Origin: Octopus sinensis
Lineage: Eukaryota
DNA: 64,000 nt
Assembly (NCBI RefSeq): GCF_006345805.1
Contig: NC_043000.1
Span: 103,912,001-103,976,000, forward strand
Reading direction: 5' to 3'
Shown: positions 12,481-24,592 of the stretch, piece after piece
How the letters are laid out: every line of letters starts with the position of its first letter
Position numbering within the stretch: position 1 is the first letter of the stretch
Program-made: the position numbers and the translations under genes
The notes under the pieces: generated by a model
What the model was told of the DNA's origin: nothing
The model's database searches: none
The model's input: the letters and a program-made list of their open reading frames with translations, nothing else

Positions 12481-13295
12481 AGTAATTTTTATTAACTTTT
12501 ATAGCTTTAGAATCTTATGAACTGTACCACGGATTTAATTATTATTTTTCATCTCCATATATGTTAGCCTTTTTTTTTATATATAAAAAAAACTATTAGC
12601 CAAATATGTATAATATCGGTACTTATTGATATTAATATATACACTATATATTTTGTTTTATTTTGTTCTGTTTACCTTCCTTTTTTGTACAAATGTGTAT
12701 TATATTATATAAGTGTAGCATTATGATGTATAAGTTTTTATATTTTACATTTTTATATTTTTATATTTATATGTATATGATTGTATATATTTTTCACTAT
12801 TATAACAAATTTAATTTAATTCTCTGAAGAGGCCGTGGGGCATCCTTGTTAATGCCTCATTTATACCTGCCTTTATGGCTTATAGGTTAAATGAGGTATG
12901 ACTGTCCTCACTGCCGAAACAGCTGTCAGTTTTGATTTATTTGCATATTATATTTGAAAATTTTTTACTTATATCTCTTTATCTTTTTACTATTACTGTA
13001 TATCTCATTTCATTTTATGTATTGCCTTTACTCATATGTAATGGTGTATTAAAGTATGGATTGAGTATCATCGGATAGTTGATGTTTTACTGATTTAAGT
13101 ATATTTCTCCATTCTCTAATTTTGTAGTATTAATTTACGGTAATATTATTACCTTTACCCATATAATGCAATAGATGAACTGATTGTTTGACAATTTTTA
13201 ACATCTATGTATTAATTTTGTTGGGTACCTATCTAGCAGTATATTGGATATATATTATCCCATGGTGGGTTGAATTTTCAACCCCTATCTCATTT
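12071..13295 (+). mobile_element. Probable Penelope-like element terminal (pseudo-LTR) region
   Basis: T-rich non-coding block bounded by (TA)n tracts and containing a type I hammerhead motif, which is typical of Penelope pLTRs. The family assignment is inference. Confidence 0.45.
12815..12935 (+). ncRNA. Type I hammerhead ribozyme motif with extended stem II and palindromic stem III
   Basis: CUGAAGA at 12824-12830, stem II 12831-12915, GAAA at 12916-12919, palindrome ACAGCUGU, GUC cleavage triplet at 12925-12927. Stem I is weak in this copy. Confidence 0.7.
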
Positions 13296-13305
13296 TATAT
13301 ATATA

Positions 13306-13351
<46 letters not shown>

Positions 13352-13443
13352 TTATATATATATATATATTATATATATATATTATATATATATATATATA
13401 TATAATTATATATACATATATATATACATATATTATATATTAT

Positions 13444-13478
<35 letters not shown>

Positions 13479-14055
13479 GAATTTGTCTCTGTTAACTACA
13501 TTCCAAAGACGGAGCCTTGTATCTTTGTTGGAAACCGGCTCCCTACTCGATGGAAGATTTATAATAATTAATAATAGAAGAGACATATATGTATAAACAT
13601 CCATCCATTATAACATACATAAATACATGTACACACTCACACATACATACATGCATGCAAACATGCATGCAAACATACATACATGCATACATACATACAT
13701 ACATACATACATACATACATACATACATACACACATACATACATACATACATCATACATACATACATACATGCACGCAAGGCCCTGTATAATCGAGCAAA
13801 GTTAATACAGGAAGCAGATGAAAAGAAAAGGCCGTGAACTCTCAAAGTTTATCTTTATTGATCAATAAAATATTCCGCCAAGGAAGTAGAATACACGGAA
13901 ACTAAAGTAACTACATTCATATTTAACTGTAGCGCAAGTATTGTGAGAAATTTGTCAATCTCGTATTTATCAGTTATAAAATTCGCACACACATACACAG
14001 ATACAAACACACACACACGCGCGCACGCGCACACACACACACACACACACACACA

Positions 14056-14088
<33 letters not shown>

Positions 14089-14341
14089 TATATATACAGA
14101 CATGCGCACATCTCTTTTTTTCTGTCGGCTTCTCTTTCTCCGTCTCATTCTCTTATTTTCTTCTCCAGCACACCCACATTTTGCCTATCTTTTTTCCTCC
14201 CCACTCTCTCTCTCTGACGTGTATGCACACACAAACAAAAACATACATACGTGTGTGTATGTTTATAAATGAATATATACATATGTATATTTGTAGGTAT
14301 GTATATATATATATATTTATTTATACATACATATATCACAT

Positions 14342-14390
<49 letters not shown>

Positions 14391-14930
14391 AGTGTCACAT
14401 ACATACATATACATGCGTAGACAGCCATATGGAGGGTAAGATTTCTTGGTATATTAGATTTCACTGATACACATGTATGTATGTATGTATGTATGTATGT
14501 ATGTAGTATGTATGTATGTATGTATGTATGTATGTATGTATGTGTGTATGCATGTTACTGCCACTAAAACCCCTCGTCTAGAGAACTGAATTTCCCTCGC
14601 CTAAGCGTGGGAAACGTTAAACTAATACTGAATTTCTTCTAGGGAGTAGTTCTTAAGTCTGTGTGTGTGTGTGTGTGTGTGTATGTGTGTGTGTGTATGT
14701 GTGTATGTGTGTGGCTGTGGGTGTGCGTGCGTGTACGTATGTTTGCTTATGTGTGAGAGTATGTAATATATATATATATATATATATACATATACACACA
14801 CACTACTCACTACACACTACACACTACACACGCACACACACACAAATGTACATGAATACACATATGTGTGTATGAAAGTATAAATAAGCACATATTGTTT
14901 GTAAGTGTGTGTGTGCGCGCGCGTATGCGT
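13296..14930. repeat. Microsatellite-rich tract: (TA)n, (TACA)n, (CA)n, (TATG)n
   Basis: Direct observation. Confidence 0.9.
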
Positions 14931-14947
14931 GTATCTGTATGTTTATA

Positions 14948-15116
14948 CAGTGGAAGCTGCTTTATGTGATCAGTTTGGAACAAATCTTCGATATCAAAAG
15001 CCCACAAATTGACATAAAACATTCGATATAAAAATTTTCCGATATGACTACGACCTATTTGCATTAGCAATATCTTATATTAAAATTACTGCGATTATAA
15101 TAAGCGGCTTCCACTG
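14948..15116. mobile_element. pogo/Tigger-like MITE
   Basis: TA|CAGTGGAAGCTGCTTTAT ... ATAAGCGGCTTCCACTG|TA: TIRs with a TA TSD. Confidence 0.75.
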
Positions 15117-15326
15117 TATATATTAATTACTGATGCATTTAGCAGTGTGTTTTCCACTTGTTTAATTTAATTTGTGAAAGCTCATCAGAGCCGTGTCCCC
15201 GCCTATCTACTGTCAATGGAGAAACTTTACATAAATAGCTCCCACTAAACACTTTGTTAAACTGGGAAATCCGATTTGCCTAAGTAGCGCTCTGCTGACT
15301 ACTTGGTCAATTAATTATTATTAATT

Positions 15327-15501
15327 GGCGTGGCGTAGGAGTGGCTGTGTGGTTAGTAGCTTGCTTACGAACCATATGGTTCCGGGTTCAGTGTCTTCTG
15401 CTATAGCCTCGGACGGACCAAAGCCTTGTGAGTGGATTTGGTGGACGGAAACTGAAAGAATCCCGTCGAATATATATATGTGTGTGTGTATGTATATATA
15501 T

Positions 15502-15582
<81 letters not shown>

Positions 15583-15620
15583 ATATACATACATATATAT
15601 ATATATGTGTGTGTGTGTGG

Positions 15621-15659
<39 letters not shown>

Positions 15660-15910
15660 ATGTATGTATGTATGTATGTATTATGTATGTATGTATGTGT
15701 TTGTGTGTCTGTGTTTGTCCCCCATACATCGCTTGACAACCGATGCTGGTGTGCTTACGTCACCGTAACTTAGCGGTTCGGCAAAAGAGACTGATAGAAT
15801 AAGTAATAGGCTTCCAAAGAATAAGTCCTGGGATCGATTTCTCGACTAAAGACGGTGCTCCAGCATGGCTACAGTCAAATGACTGAAACAAGTAAAAAAG
15901 TAAGAGAGAT
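15327..15910 (+). mobile_element. SINE family A with a short internal deletion and an expanded (~230 bp) central microsatellite
   Basis: Head, body and tail match 4074-4455. The cccactgcgtggcaccttgggcaag segment is missing. Confidence 0.85.
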
Positions 15911-16059
15911 GCACTTAGCAACATGTTTTGGGATGACAAAGTACTATGCTGCGTAAAGAATTACAAAAAGTATAACAACTGTAATAGTAAATACTTTAGT
16001 GTTTGTGCGTGTAATTGGATATCCTGAACAAATATAAACAAATGTCTTTATATTTTCTT

Positions 16060-16970
16060 TGTGTTGATAATATTAAGAAAAACGTATATATAAATAATAG
16101 AAGGGTTAAATCAAAGAATATTCTCTGATATAATGCACCATTGCATCTTACATATCTAATGATATTCCACAGAAATTCTTTGCTGTAATAGATAAATATT
16201 TCCCTCCATCAAGTAAGTACGGGAAATTGTTTAATCACCATAGAGTAAAATTTTCATATTCAGCCACCAAAAATTTGGCTGAAATTATAGTAACACATAA
16301 CAAAAGTAAAATTAAACTGTATCTCAACCCCAAATTAGTAAATATAAGTAGAAGCCATGATGTAAATTGTGAAATTAACTTCAATGATTATTTTCCTGGG
16401 CTAGATTTTGATACTTTCGGTAAAAATAATTTTCCGACTGTGAAATTGATAATACCTTTAAGATAACACCTAGTAATAATATTGATTATTATACTGCTAA
16501 TAATCCTTCTTTAACACCTACTTCCAAGAGCAGAATTAGTACTTATTCTTTTAACCGTAAGTACCACATACAAACAAATAAATGCCTTTGTAATTTTAAA
16601 AACAGAATTATCTGTCCTTCAGAAAATCTGTGATTAAGGAAGAATATAACGTATCGATGTAAGGTCATTACAGGATATTGCACATATTATTATATAGGTT
16701 CTTCTACAATTTGGAAATCTAGATTACATAACCTTTCTTCTTCATTTAAGCTTAGAAGAAAATTCTTTGAATCTTAGCATTTGGGAATTAAAAGTCAAGA
16801 ACATTAATTATAATATAAGTAGCCCATTATTAGTTACGCAAAGGTATAATACAAGTAATTTTAGATTTGATCTTTCCCTTACAGAAATGTATTATATAAT
16901 TACGTCTAAATTAAAATTATTAAACAGTAGAAAGTTTATATTGAAATGTTCTCATCAATATTAGATAAGC
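16060..16970 (+). pseudogene. Degenerate Penelope-like element ORF (RT thumb, linker and GIY-YIG region; Neptune-like)
   Basis: NIL*YNAP, IDKYFPPSSKYGKLFNHHRVKFSYSATKNLAEIIVTHN, CNFKNRIICP, NITYRCKV...YYYIGSS, IWELKVKNINYNI, DLSLTEMYYII. Contains stops and frameshifts. Confidence 0.75.
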
Positions 16971-17064
16971 ACTTAAATATTTATTTAAAAATAACTCATT
17001 AATTTTAATTGCACTTCCTATAATGTAATATGTATGATTTTTCTTAAATTTTTAAAGCATATTT

Positions 17065-17147
<83 letters not shown>

Positions 17148-17148
17148 G
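17065..17148. repeat. (GATA)n microsatellite
   Basis: About 20 perfect units. Confidence 0.95.
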
Positions 17149-17582
17149 ACTAATTGTCGCGGCGTAGAAATTCTCTTTATTTTTTCTTTCGCAATCTACT
17201 GACATCATCAAAAGTTAAATACAAAACTGGTTTTTCTTAGAATATTATATTTCTTCTTAACGTTCTTTTTGTATGCGTTCATCTGTTGAAGATATTTTCT
17301 TAGTTCACTTCGATTTTTTTCCCATTTTGGATTGCTTTGATAGCATTGTGTTAGCATATATTTTTGGATGAATTAATTTTATACCATTTTTCTGTATCTA
17401 AGTTTGCCAGCACAATAGAAATGATGTTTGATAATGTACGGTGTAATCATCAACTGGAGATGTGATTTTCCCCATTCATGTTCTTATCTTATTCTCCGAA
17501 TTTCTTGAAATTCTTCTAAGCGATATTTGGATTTACTTATTATACATGACGAATTACCTTGGATGTTAATTCTACTTGAACT

Positions 17583-18233
17583 TGTAGTGGATCATGCATG
17601 CATGAAGTGGATTCGATCCACCATAGCCAAATTTAAATTAACTCTGCAACAGAACTTTTCCCACGGCGGAACAATGGTTTTTCTCTGACAGCAGTTTTTC
17701 ATTTTCCAGATGCCTCCAGCTTGGTCGAAATAATGTCTTCACCACTTGACCCTTTCTAACCTCTTCTACTTCACCAAAAGCTAGAATAGAGATAACAAGA
17801 TCACCAACTAAATCTATTGTTCTCAATGATATATCTATCCTCCTGGATAGTTATAAAAGCAAGCACACCCCAAGCAAAAATCAGTTAGTCACAGTCGGTG
17901 ACGACTCAATCAGTTAGTCACTACAGTGACAACGAAGTCTGGCTGACCAACTAGAACCTTTGGTCAGAGGAAGAAATGAAGTTTACTGTCAGCAACTGTG
18001 AGACAACGTCCCACACTCTACAACTCTCACTAGCTCTAATTCTGTTCTCTTACAACATCATTTTATCTCCCTCTGTAATTACAACTAAACAAGGAAGAGG
18101 ACGCAAACACAAACTTTCTTGCGCATGCTTTTGGATTTATCATAACCTGCCCGTTGAGACAAGGTATTGCAACGTAACGGTAAATAAATACTTTCTTAAA
18201 ACTTCATGCATTGTTCATCTTTCACATCCTACA
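17583..18233 (+). mobile_element. Possible solo LTR
   Basis: TGTAG...CTACA ends, TATAAAA at ~17853, AATAAA at ~18184. No TSD found. Confidence 0.35.
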
Positions 18234-18457
18234 GTGTGCAATAGTAACAACAAATATTTATCGTTACAACTACTGACTTCGACATTTCATATTATTGTGT
18301 ACCTAATCAACCTTACCCGTTACAATTAGTAACTACACTAATTAAAACCTAACCGTTACAAACTTATTGGTATCTTATTGTTTGATATAGTTAACTAAAT
18401 TTGTTTAGCACAGAGTGCTTTATAGATATTTGCTTGAATTTATTAATCCCTTTTACT

Positions 18458-18535
<78 letters not shown>

Positions 18536-18609
18536 CGCATACTTATTTGTATGGACTTGGTCAGGGGAGGTGACTGCTCATAGCTTTCGCGTCCTGCCAA
18601 GGAAGACGA

Positions 18610-18870
18610 AACCGCACATTGTTAACGCTCTTACTGAACATCTGAGAATCGTCAGTCGCAGGAAACTGGTCGGGAATGAATACCACAAAGCCGACAGTTA
18701 GGGAATGAAGGACTGAGTTTGATGGTTACTGAATGGCCTGGGGTGGGGAATAGCTAGAATATGGCTGATGAGAGGGAAGCAGACAAATTCCTGCTCGGAG
18801 ATGGCTCAAGGCTAGTTAACTCCAAGGAGTAAAGACCACTGTAGATGCGGTAGAAAGTACAGAGATAAGA
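18610..18870 (-). mobile_element. Decayed 3' fragment of an L2/CR1-like LINE
   Basis: Broken translation FYRIYSGLYSLELTSL...QSFIP...FPATDDSQMFSKSVN resembles the C-terminus of these ORF2 proteins. Confidence 0.4.
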
Positions 18871-19150
18871 TAAACCAGTTGACCATAAACTTGATTGTTT
18901 AACTATTTTCTAAAAATAAGATTACGGTTTAGTAACATCCAGAGATATTTGGGATACTAAGTAGCATTCTACCTTTCTAACTTATTCAATTCCCCATGTG
19001 TTCCATTGTTTCTTGGGTGGTATACAAAAACGTGTATTTTCACGGAATTAGTAATGAAACTATTGTCTTTATAGTAAGAATTTAATTTATTTAAAGCAAC
19101 ACTCAGAGTTATGTCAGTACCGTTGAATATCCCCTTTGGTACGCAATATA

Positions 19151-19546
19151 TCTTTATATATAAAAGTGAGGTTGTGTGCTGTCTGTCTCCTACGATTTAG
19201 ATTCCTAACTACTCCCACATTTTGCGGTGCATTTTAACCAAAACCGGGTATCTTATAGTCGTGATTCATATCGAGCCCTTCTGGGTATTAGTGCGCGTCT
19301 ACGATGAGTCTACGATTTTAAAAAACATTTACCATCAATTTTTCCCATTTTTAATGCATTTTTGGCATATATAAGGGAAGTAACTCTCTAAAAATTTATT
19401 ATTAAATCTCAGAACGTAAAAAGCTACAGTACCCCCCCCCCTTTGTGGTTAACCATATTGAGATGGCTATTATACTTTACATCTCTAAAAATGCTTATAT
19501 AGTTATTTCCCTTACAAACCCGAGCAACGCCGGGCGATACTGCTAG
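19151..19546 (+). mobile_element. Non-autonomous Helitron
   Basis: A|TCTTTATATATAAAA start, 3' hairpin cccgagcaacgccggg, CTAG|T end, no TSD. Second copy at 39926-40563. Confidence 0.85.
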
Positions 19547-19609
19547 TAATTCAGAAATGTAGATAAAACGTTTGATATTTATGATTTTTCAGTCGAGCGT
19601 TTGTATACA

Positions 19610-21096
19610 CACTGAACCGCAAAAGAAACGCGAGACGTGTGTGACTGAAATATGTTTTAATTACATTATGTCAGAGATAAATTTTGATAAATCCGATAAA
19701 GTCAATTTCTTGGATGCACTTTGATCACAGTCTATGAGTCGTTGTCATGTGTTCCGGTAGTGGGCAGATCCAGAACATCGAGATTATTGGGCGTGACATG
19801 TTCAATACCATGTTTGCCCACCCTGGGTGTTCAAAACGGTCATACATCGTCGGTACATGGAGTGCATGAGGCGGTTCGCAAAAGCCATTGGCACCTGAGG
19901 AAAGCTGCCTCCAGTTACACACGAGTTGTTGGCCTTGGGACCACCTGTTTCAGCTGTCTCTGGATTTCATCCTACAGATGTTCAATTGGGTTCAAATCCG
20001 GGCTGAGAGCCGGCCACGGCATGGTTCTGATGTTGTGCTGACACAGGAAGTCCATGGTGACCCTGGCCGTGTGGGAGGGAGCATTGTCCTGCAGGAACAC
20101 GTGGCTATAGTGACGCACGAAGAAGGGCATGATATGAGGTCTTAGGATCTGATCAACGTAGAGCTGCGCTGTGATGCCATTCGCCTGCACCAACATTTTG
20201 GAACACACGGGGGCCCAATTCTTTAATTCCGGCCTATAACACCCCAAACCATGATACTTTGGCCATCCACGCATCTCTCTCCATGACACATACGTTTCTG
20301 TAGCATTCACCCCTCCTACACCACACCCTCACTCTGCCATCCGAGGTCGAAGCGCAGTACTGGCTCTCGTCAGAAAAGACTATCGACCTCCATTGTTGAT
20401 ACCACCAATGTCAGTGCTGTGTAGCCCACTGTAGCCGTACTTGACTGGCGAGCAATGAAGACAGGTCCTCGAGCAGGACGACGGCAACGAAGGTTGTTGG
20501 CGACCAGTCGACGTCATACCATGTCGTCTCTGATGGATCGCTGTCCAGTGTCAGTGGTCTCGCGAGCTGTCATGCTGACTGATCTGAAACAATCACGGAA
20601 GTGTTGCAGGTGAATGAAGCGGTCCTGCCTGGGCGTGGTCACCAGGGGGCGCCCTCTGCGGGCACGACCTGCAGTACTGTTGGTGTTTTTGTATCGCTGT
20701 TCCAGGCGATAGATGGTGCTGACATGGACATTGTAAACTTTCACAACAACCAGGGCACGCTGCATTGCTTGTAATCAGCCGATAGCTTGTTCTCTCAACG
20801 CTGCTGATATTCGGGTAATTCTTGATGTGTCCAATTTTCGAATGCCAGGAACGTGGTTCAAGTTGACTTTTATACCCATAACCTCCACGAGATGTACGGG
20901 CATTTCAGTTTTCATGACAACTGTTTGCGACTACTACACATGACATTCAACACAATTGCCTTTTGGCGTTTCGTTTCAGGGAAAGTTGAAAGGTTATCTG
21001 CAGTTTGGGTTTCACTTACATACCCGAAATAAATTTTCAGAATTTACCATATAAAAATGACATTTGAAAAAATCGCGTTTCTTTTGCGGTTTAGTG
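19610..21096 (-). mobile_element. Tc1-family (DD34E) transposon, near full length, transposase disrupted
   Basis: 24-bp TIRs CACT(G/A)AACCGCAAAAGAAACGCGA, TA at the right end. ORF pieces: GRPLVTTPRQDR, LQDNAPSH, WPALSPDLNPIEHL. Confidence 0.92.
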
Positions 21097-21582
21097 TATT
21101 TTGAACGATAACGGAGCCAGTATACTATATTGAGGCAAACTGTTTAGTTATTTTTGTGTTGTTCTTAAGTATCACCAAAAAGCATTTTTTCTATTACAAT
21201 ACCAACAAGCTGACTGAATTCCAAGTCATTGTTGAATTGTATGACTTCCTTAATAAGCAGTAATTAACCATATTGTAAGCTGCAGCAGGCTCAACAAAAA
21301 TCTATATTTCTGTATATATTGAATAAGATTAAGCCGTTGATTCACGGTTAACTTTTCAATGTTCTTTAATAAAGTACAATTCAGTAGCTGTTTCGATTCT
21401 GTTAAGAACAGAACACTCAAAAAACTTCTGACCACAGAAGTGAAATCGATCGGAATTGCATTACTTGTGATGGATTTTTCTCTACTTTGCATTTTGTTAG
21501 TTAAGAGATACTTATTAAAATGTTTGAGAAGCCATATTCGCCCTTTAGGTTCAAAATCTTTTAGCTCTTCCGTGAAGATATT

Positions 21583-21983
21583 CTTTTCTACTCTAGACAC
21601 AAACCCGAATTTTTTTAGTGGGGTGAGAGTTGATTAGATCGACCCCAGTACGCAACTGGTACTTAATTTATCGATCCCGAAAGGATGAAGTGCAAAGTCG
21701 ACCTCGGCAGAATTTGAACTCAGAACGTAAAGACAGACGAAATACCTCTTTCTTTACTACCCACAAGGGGCTAAACACAGAGGGGACAAACAAGGGCAGA
21801 CAAACAGATTAAGTCGATTACATCGACCCCAGTGCGTAACTGGTACTTAATTTATCGACCCCGAAAGGACGAAAGGCAAAGTCGACCTCGGCGGAATTTG
21901 AACTCAGAACGTAACGGCAGATGAAATACCGCTAAGTATTTCGCCCGGCGTGCTAACATTTCTGCCAGCTCGCTGCCTTTCTT
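21583..21983 (-). mobile_element. Dimeric/chimeric SINE family B insertion
   Basis: Two tandem copies of the central domain with different tails, inside one TSD pair cgtgaagatatt (21571-21582 and 21984-21995). Confidence 0.8.
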
Positions 21984-22572
21984 CGTGAAGATATTGCGAA
22001 AACTTGTTGCTTCTCTCTTTTTTTATTTTTGATACCTATTTTGTGTTTTATGTAAAACATCTAAAAAGACAATTCGACTTAGACTTTTTTGTTATTCGGT
22101 TCTTCACTCATTATTGTGACAATATGGTTTGCAGTAATGTTTCCCCCGGTGTTTCATCTGTAGCATCATCCTTGCTTTTGAACAGGCGTCAGGATTTCTG
22201 TTTCTGCTCATACTAAGGATTCTATTAGAGTTTTCCAAGCTTGTTACAGCTGAACTGAAAGATTTACCAGCATTAATATTATTATCTGGGGAAAAAAATC
22301 AATTTCATATGCATTTTTTCATGTCATTCACAGTTTAAGAGTCCAGGATTCGTTTTGGATATTTAGCCCCCGGATATATTGCGTTTCCCTTCTTGGCAAA
22401 CCCACAGAGCAAATTTTTGTTAGTTTTCCGCCCTATGTTCATCTGTGGGTGGTATTGCTCCAGAACTGTTTAAACTTTTCACAATTTGTCTTCTTGGAAT
22501 TGAATCGGCGTCAGAAAGTAATCCCAACGTGAGGATAATCAACACTACTCTAACACTTACGTAGCACTACTA

Positions 22573-23864
22573 CGAGGGGCGTTCAATAAGTAATGCCCCT
22601 GACCCACTTCCCGTAGCAGTAGAGCAACGAAACTTGGCACAGTTGTTAGTCTTTTTCTACATAGGAACCACTCAGAGTTACACATTTCTCCCATCGTTTG
22701 ATGCAACTCTGGAGACCGTTTTTGTAGAAGACCCCAGCTTGGTCCTCCGACCACGACGTGACTTCAGAAATCAAGGCTGCATCATCTGGGAAACGCTTTC
22801 CTTTCAAAAACAACTTCATGGCTGGGAAGAGGTGAAAATCAGAGGGTGCAAGGTCAGGAGAGTAGGGGGAGGGTGAGGAGTTCATAGCCGCACGCCTGTG
22901 CTTCTGATCTGGCGACACGCGAGTTGTAGACCGGAGCGTTGTCCTGCAGGAGGAGGATGCCTTTGCTGATCTTGCCCCGCCTCTTGATTTTGATAGCTTC
23001 TCTTAATTTCCTCAAAAGTGAAGCATAATAGGCTCCTGTAATTGTGGTACCCTTTGCCAGGAAATCTGTCATCACTACTCCGTCCTGGTCCCAGAAGACT
23101 GTGAGCATGACCTTGCCAGCGGAGGGCTGCACCCTTGCCTTCTTTGGAGGAGGTGAGTCACGGTGCTTCCACTGCATTGACTGGGCTTTGGTCTCTGGAT
23201 CATAGTGATGGACCCAGGTTTCATCCTGTGTAATCAGTCTTTTGAAAATTTTTGACTCATCTTCTTGGCACATCTCCAAATTCATCCTCGAGCACTCGAC
23301 GCGTTCTTGCTTCTGGAAAGGTGTGAGCAACTTGGGAATCCATCTAGCAGACACCTTTTGCATATGCAAATGGTCATGAATGATAGTTTCCACAGACCCG
23401 GTACTAAACTTGACCTCATGGGCTATTTGGCGAATAGTTATGCGTCGATCTTCCAAAATGGCAGCCTCAACTTGACGGACAGATGCCTCATCAATGGCAG
23501 AAGTGGGGGTGACCAGATCTGGGAGCTGTTTCCACAGAGTTCCAACCATGTTTGAATTCACGATGCCAGCGTTTTACAAGGTCATATGATGGGGCATCAT
23601 CACCATAAGTTACTTTCATTTCATCAAAAGTCTCCCGTAGTGTGCGTCCTTTCAAATACAAAAACCGGATCACTGCTCGACACTCAACAGGCTCCATTTC
23701 ACACTTGACTCAGTTCAAACACCTGTATATCAGAAACCACAATTAGTTCAGAGCTGTAATTTGCCACCTAATCTATAGAGATATAAATAATTGCACATGT
23801 AAATTTTCAGCTAGATCAAACAACTGCAAGTGGGTCAGAGGCATTACTTATTGAACGCCTCTCG
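22573..23864 (-). mobile_element. Full-length mariner (DD34D) element, 1292 bp
   Basis: TA|CGAGGGGCGTTCAATAAGTAATGCCCCTGACCCACTT with a matching right TIR and TA TSDs. Confidence 0.97.
22646..23697 (-). pseudogene. mariner transposase with two frameshifts
   Basis: MEPVECRAVIRFLYLKG HTH region, WIPKLL, ITQDETW, LQDNAP, YSPDLAPSDFHLF, spread over three overlapping ORFs. Confidence 0.93.
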
Positions 23865-24269
23865 TATCTCCCCAGAACATTGGCTCACTAGAGTCTTTCC
23901 CTGCTTATGTGTTTCCAGCAAGTATTGACCTTCAACAACAGTTTAAACAGAACATCAACGGTATGAAGCTCACCTGACTCAACGGGCCTGCAAAAGTCAT
24001 AGGCAATGTTCCTCCCTCCAAACTCAACAAGTGAAAAAAAACAAACTAAAAAACGTATTAAGCTGAGATGATTATTAAACTGTTATCTTTTCAAAACTGA
24101 TCAACAATGGTAAATCCATTGGATATTTATATTGTTTGCACATAGGAATTTTAAAATTTCGGGATAAAGGGAAATTAGCAATTGTCATATTTATACCTCT
24201 ATCACGTTTATGCCTCACACCTCTATAATCGAAAATATTGTGTCACAATAACGCGGTGGCTCTTCAGAC

Positions 24270-24592
24270 CAGTGGTTCTCAACCGGAGTCCATATAAGTT
24301 TTTTGGAGGTCCACACAACAAAATAGTATATTGGAGATCCACAATAGTATTTTAAGACCCCTTGAAAAACAATTTGCTTTAGATGTATGTATTGGTATGT
24401 ATGACAAGAATCAGCTCGGTTTCTTTCTCTAATGTTCGACCGACACAAGTTAATGTGTGTAAACAAAATAGGAATTTTGAAAGAAGTTTCTATAAAACTA
24501 GTTATTAAACATCGAAGGCTATGGGAGTCCACCAGAATAGAATAGTAATGAAATGGGTCCATAGATTTTTTTTAAATGGTTGAGTAGCTCTG
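24270..24592. mobile_element. hAT-type MITE
   Basis: CAGTGGTTCTCAACC ... GGTTGAGTAGCTCTG TIRs. 8-bp TSD cttcagac/ctttggac (6 of 8 match). Confidence 0.7.

Larger units (their letters stand above)
17200..22550 (-). mobile_element. Highly decayed RTE/RTE-X-like LINE acting as host for later insertions
   Basis: Minus ORF 21250-21600 (IFTEELK...PIDFTSVVRSFLSVLF...TVNQRLNLIQYI) loosely follows RTE RT domains 0-2, with weaker remnants at 18900-19140. The similarity is faint and the boundaries are uncertain. Confidence 0.35.

Noticed and set aside
15130-15195. Minus-strand CUGAUGA suggesting a third hammerhead
   Set aside because: No correctly placed stem II closure, GAAA or stem III. CUGAUGA at ~6905 and ~9286 fails the same test.
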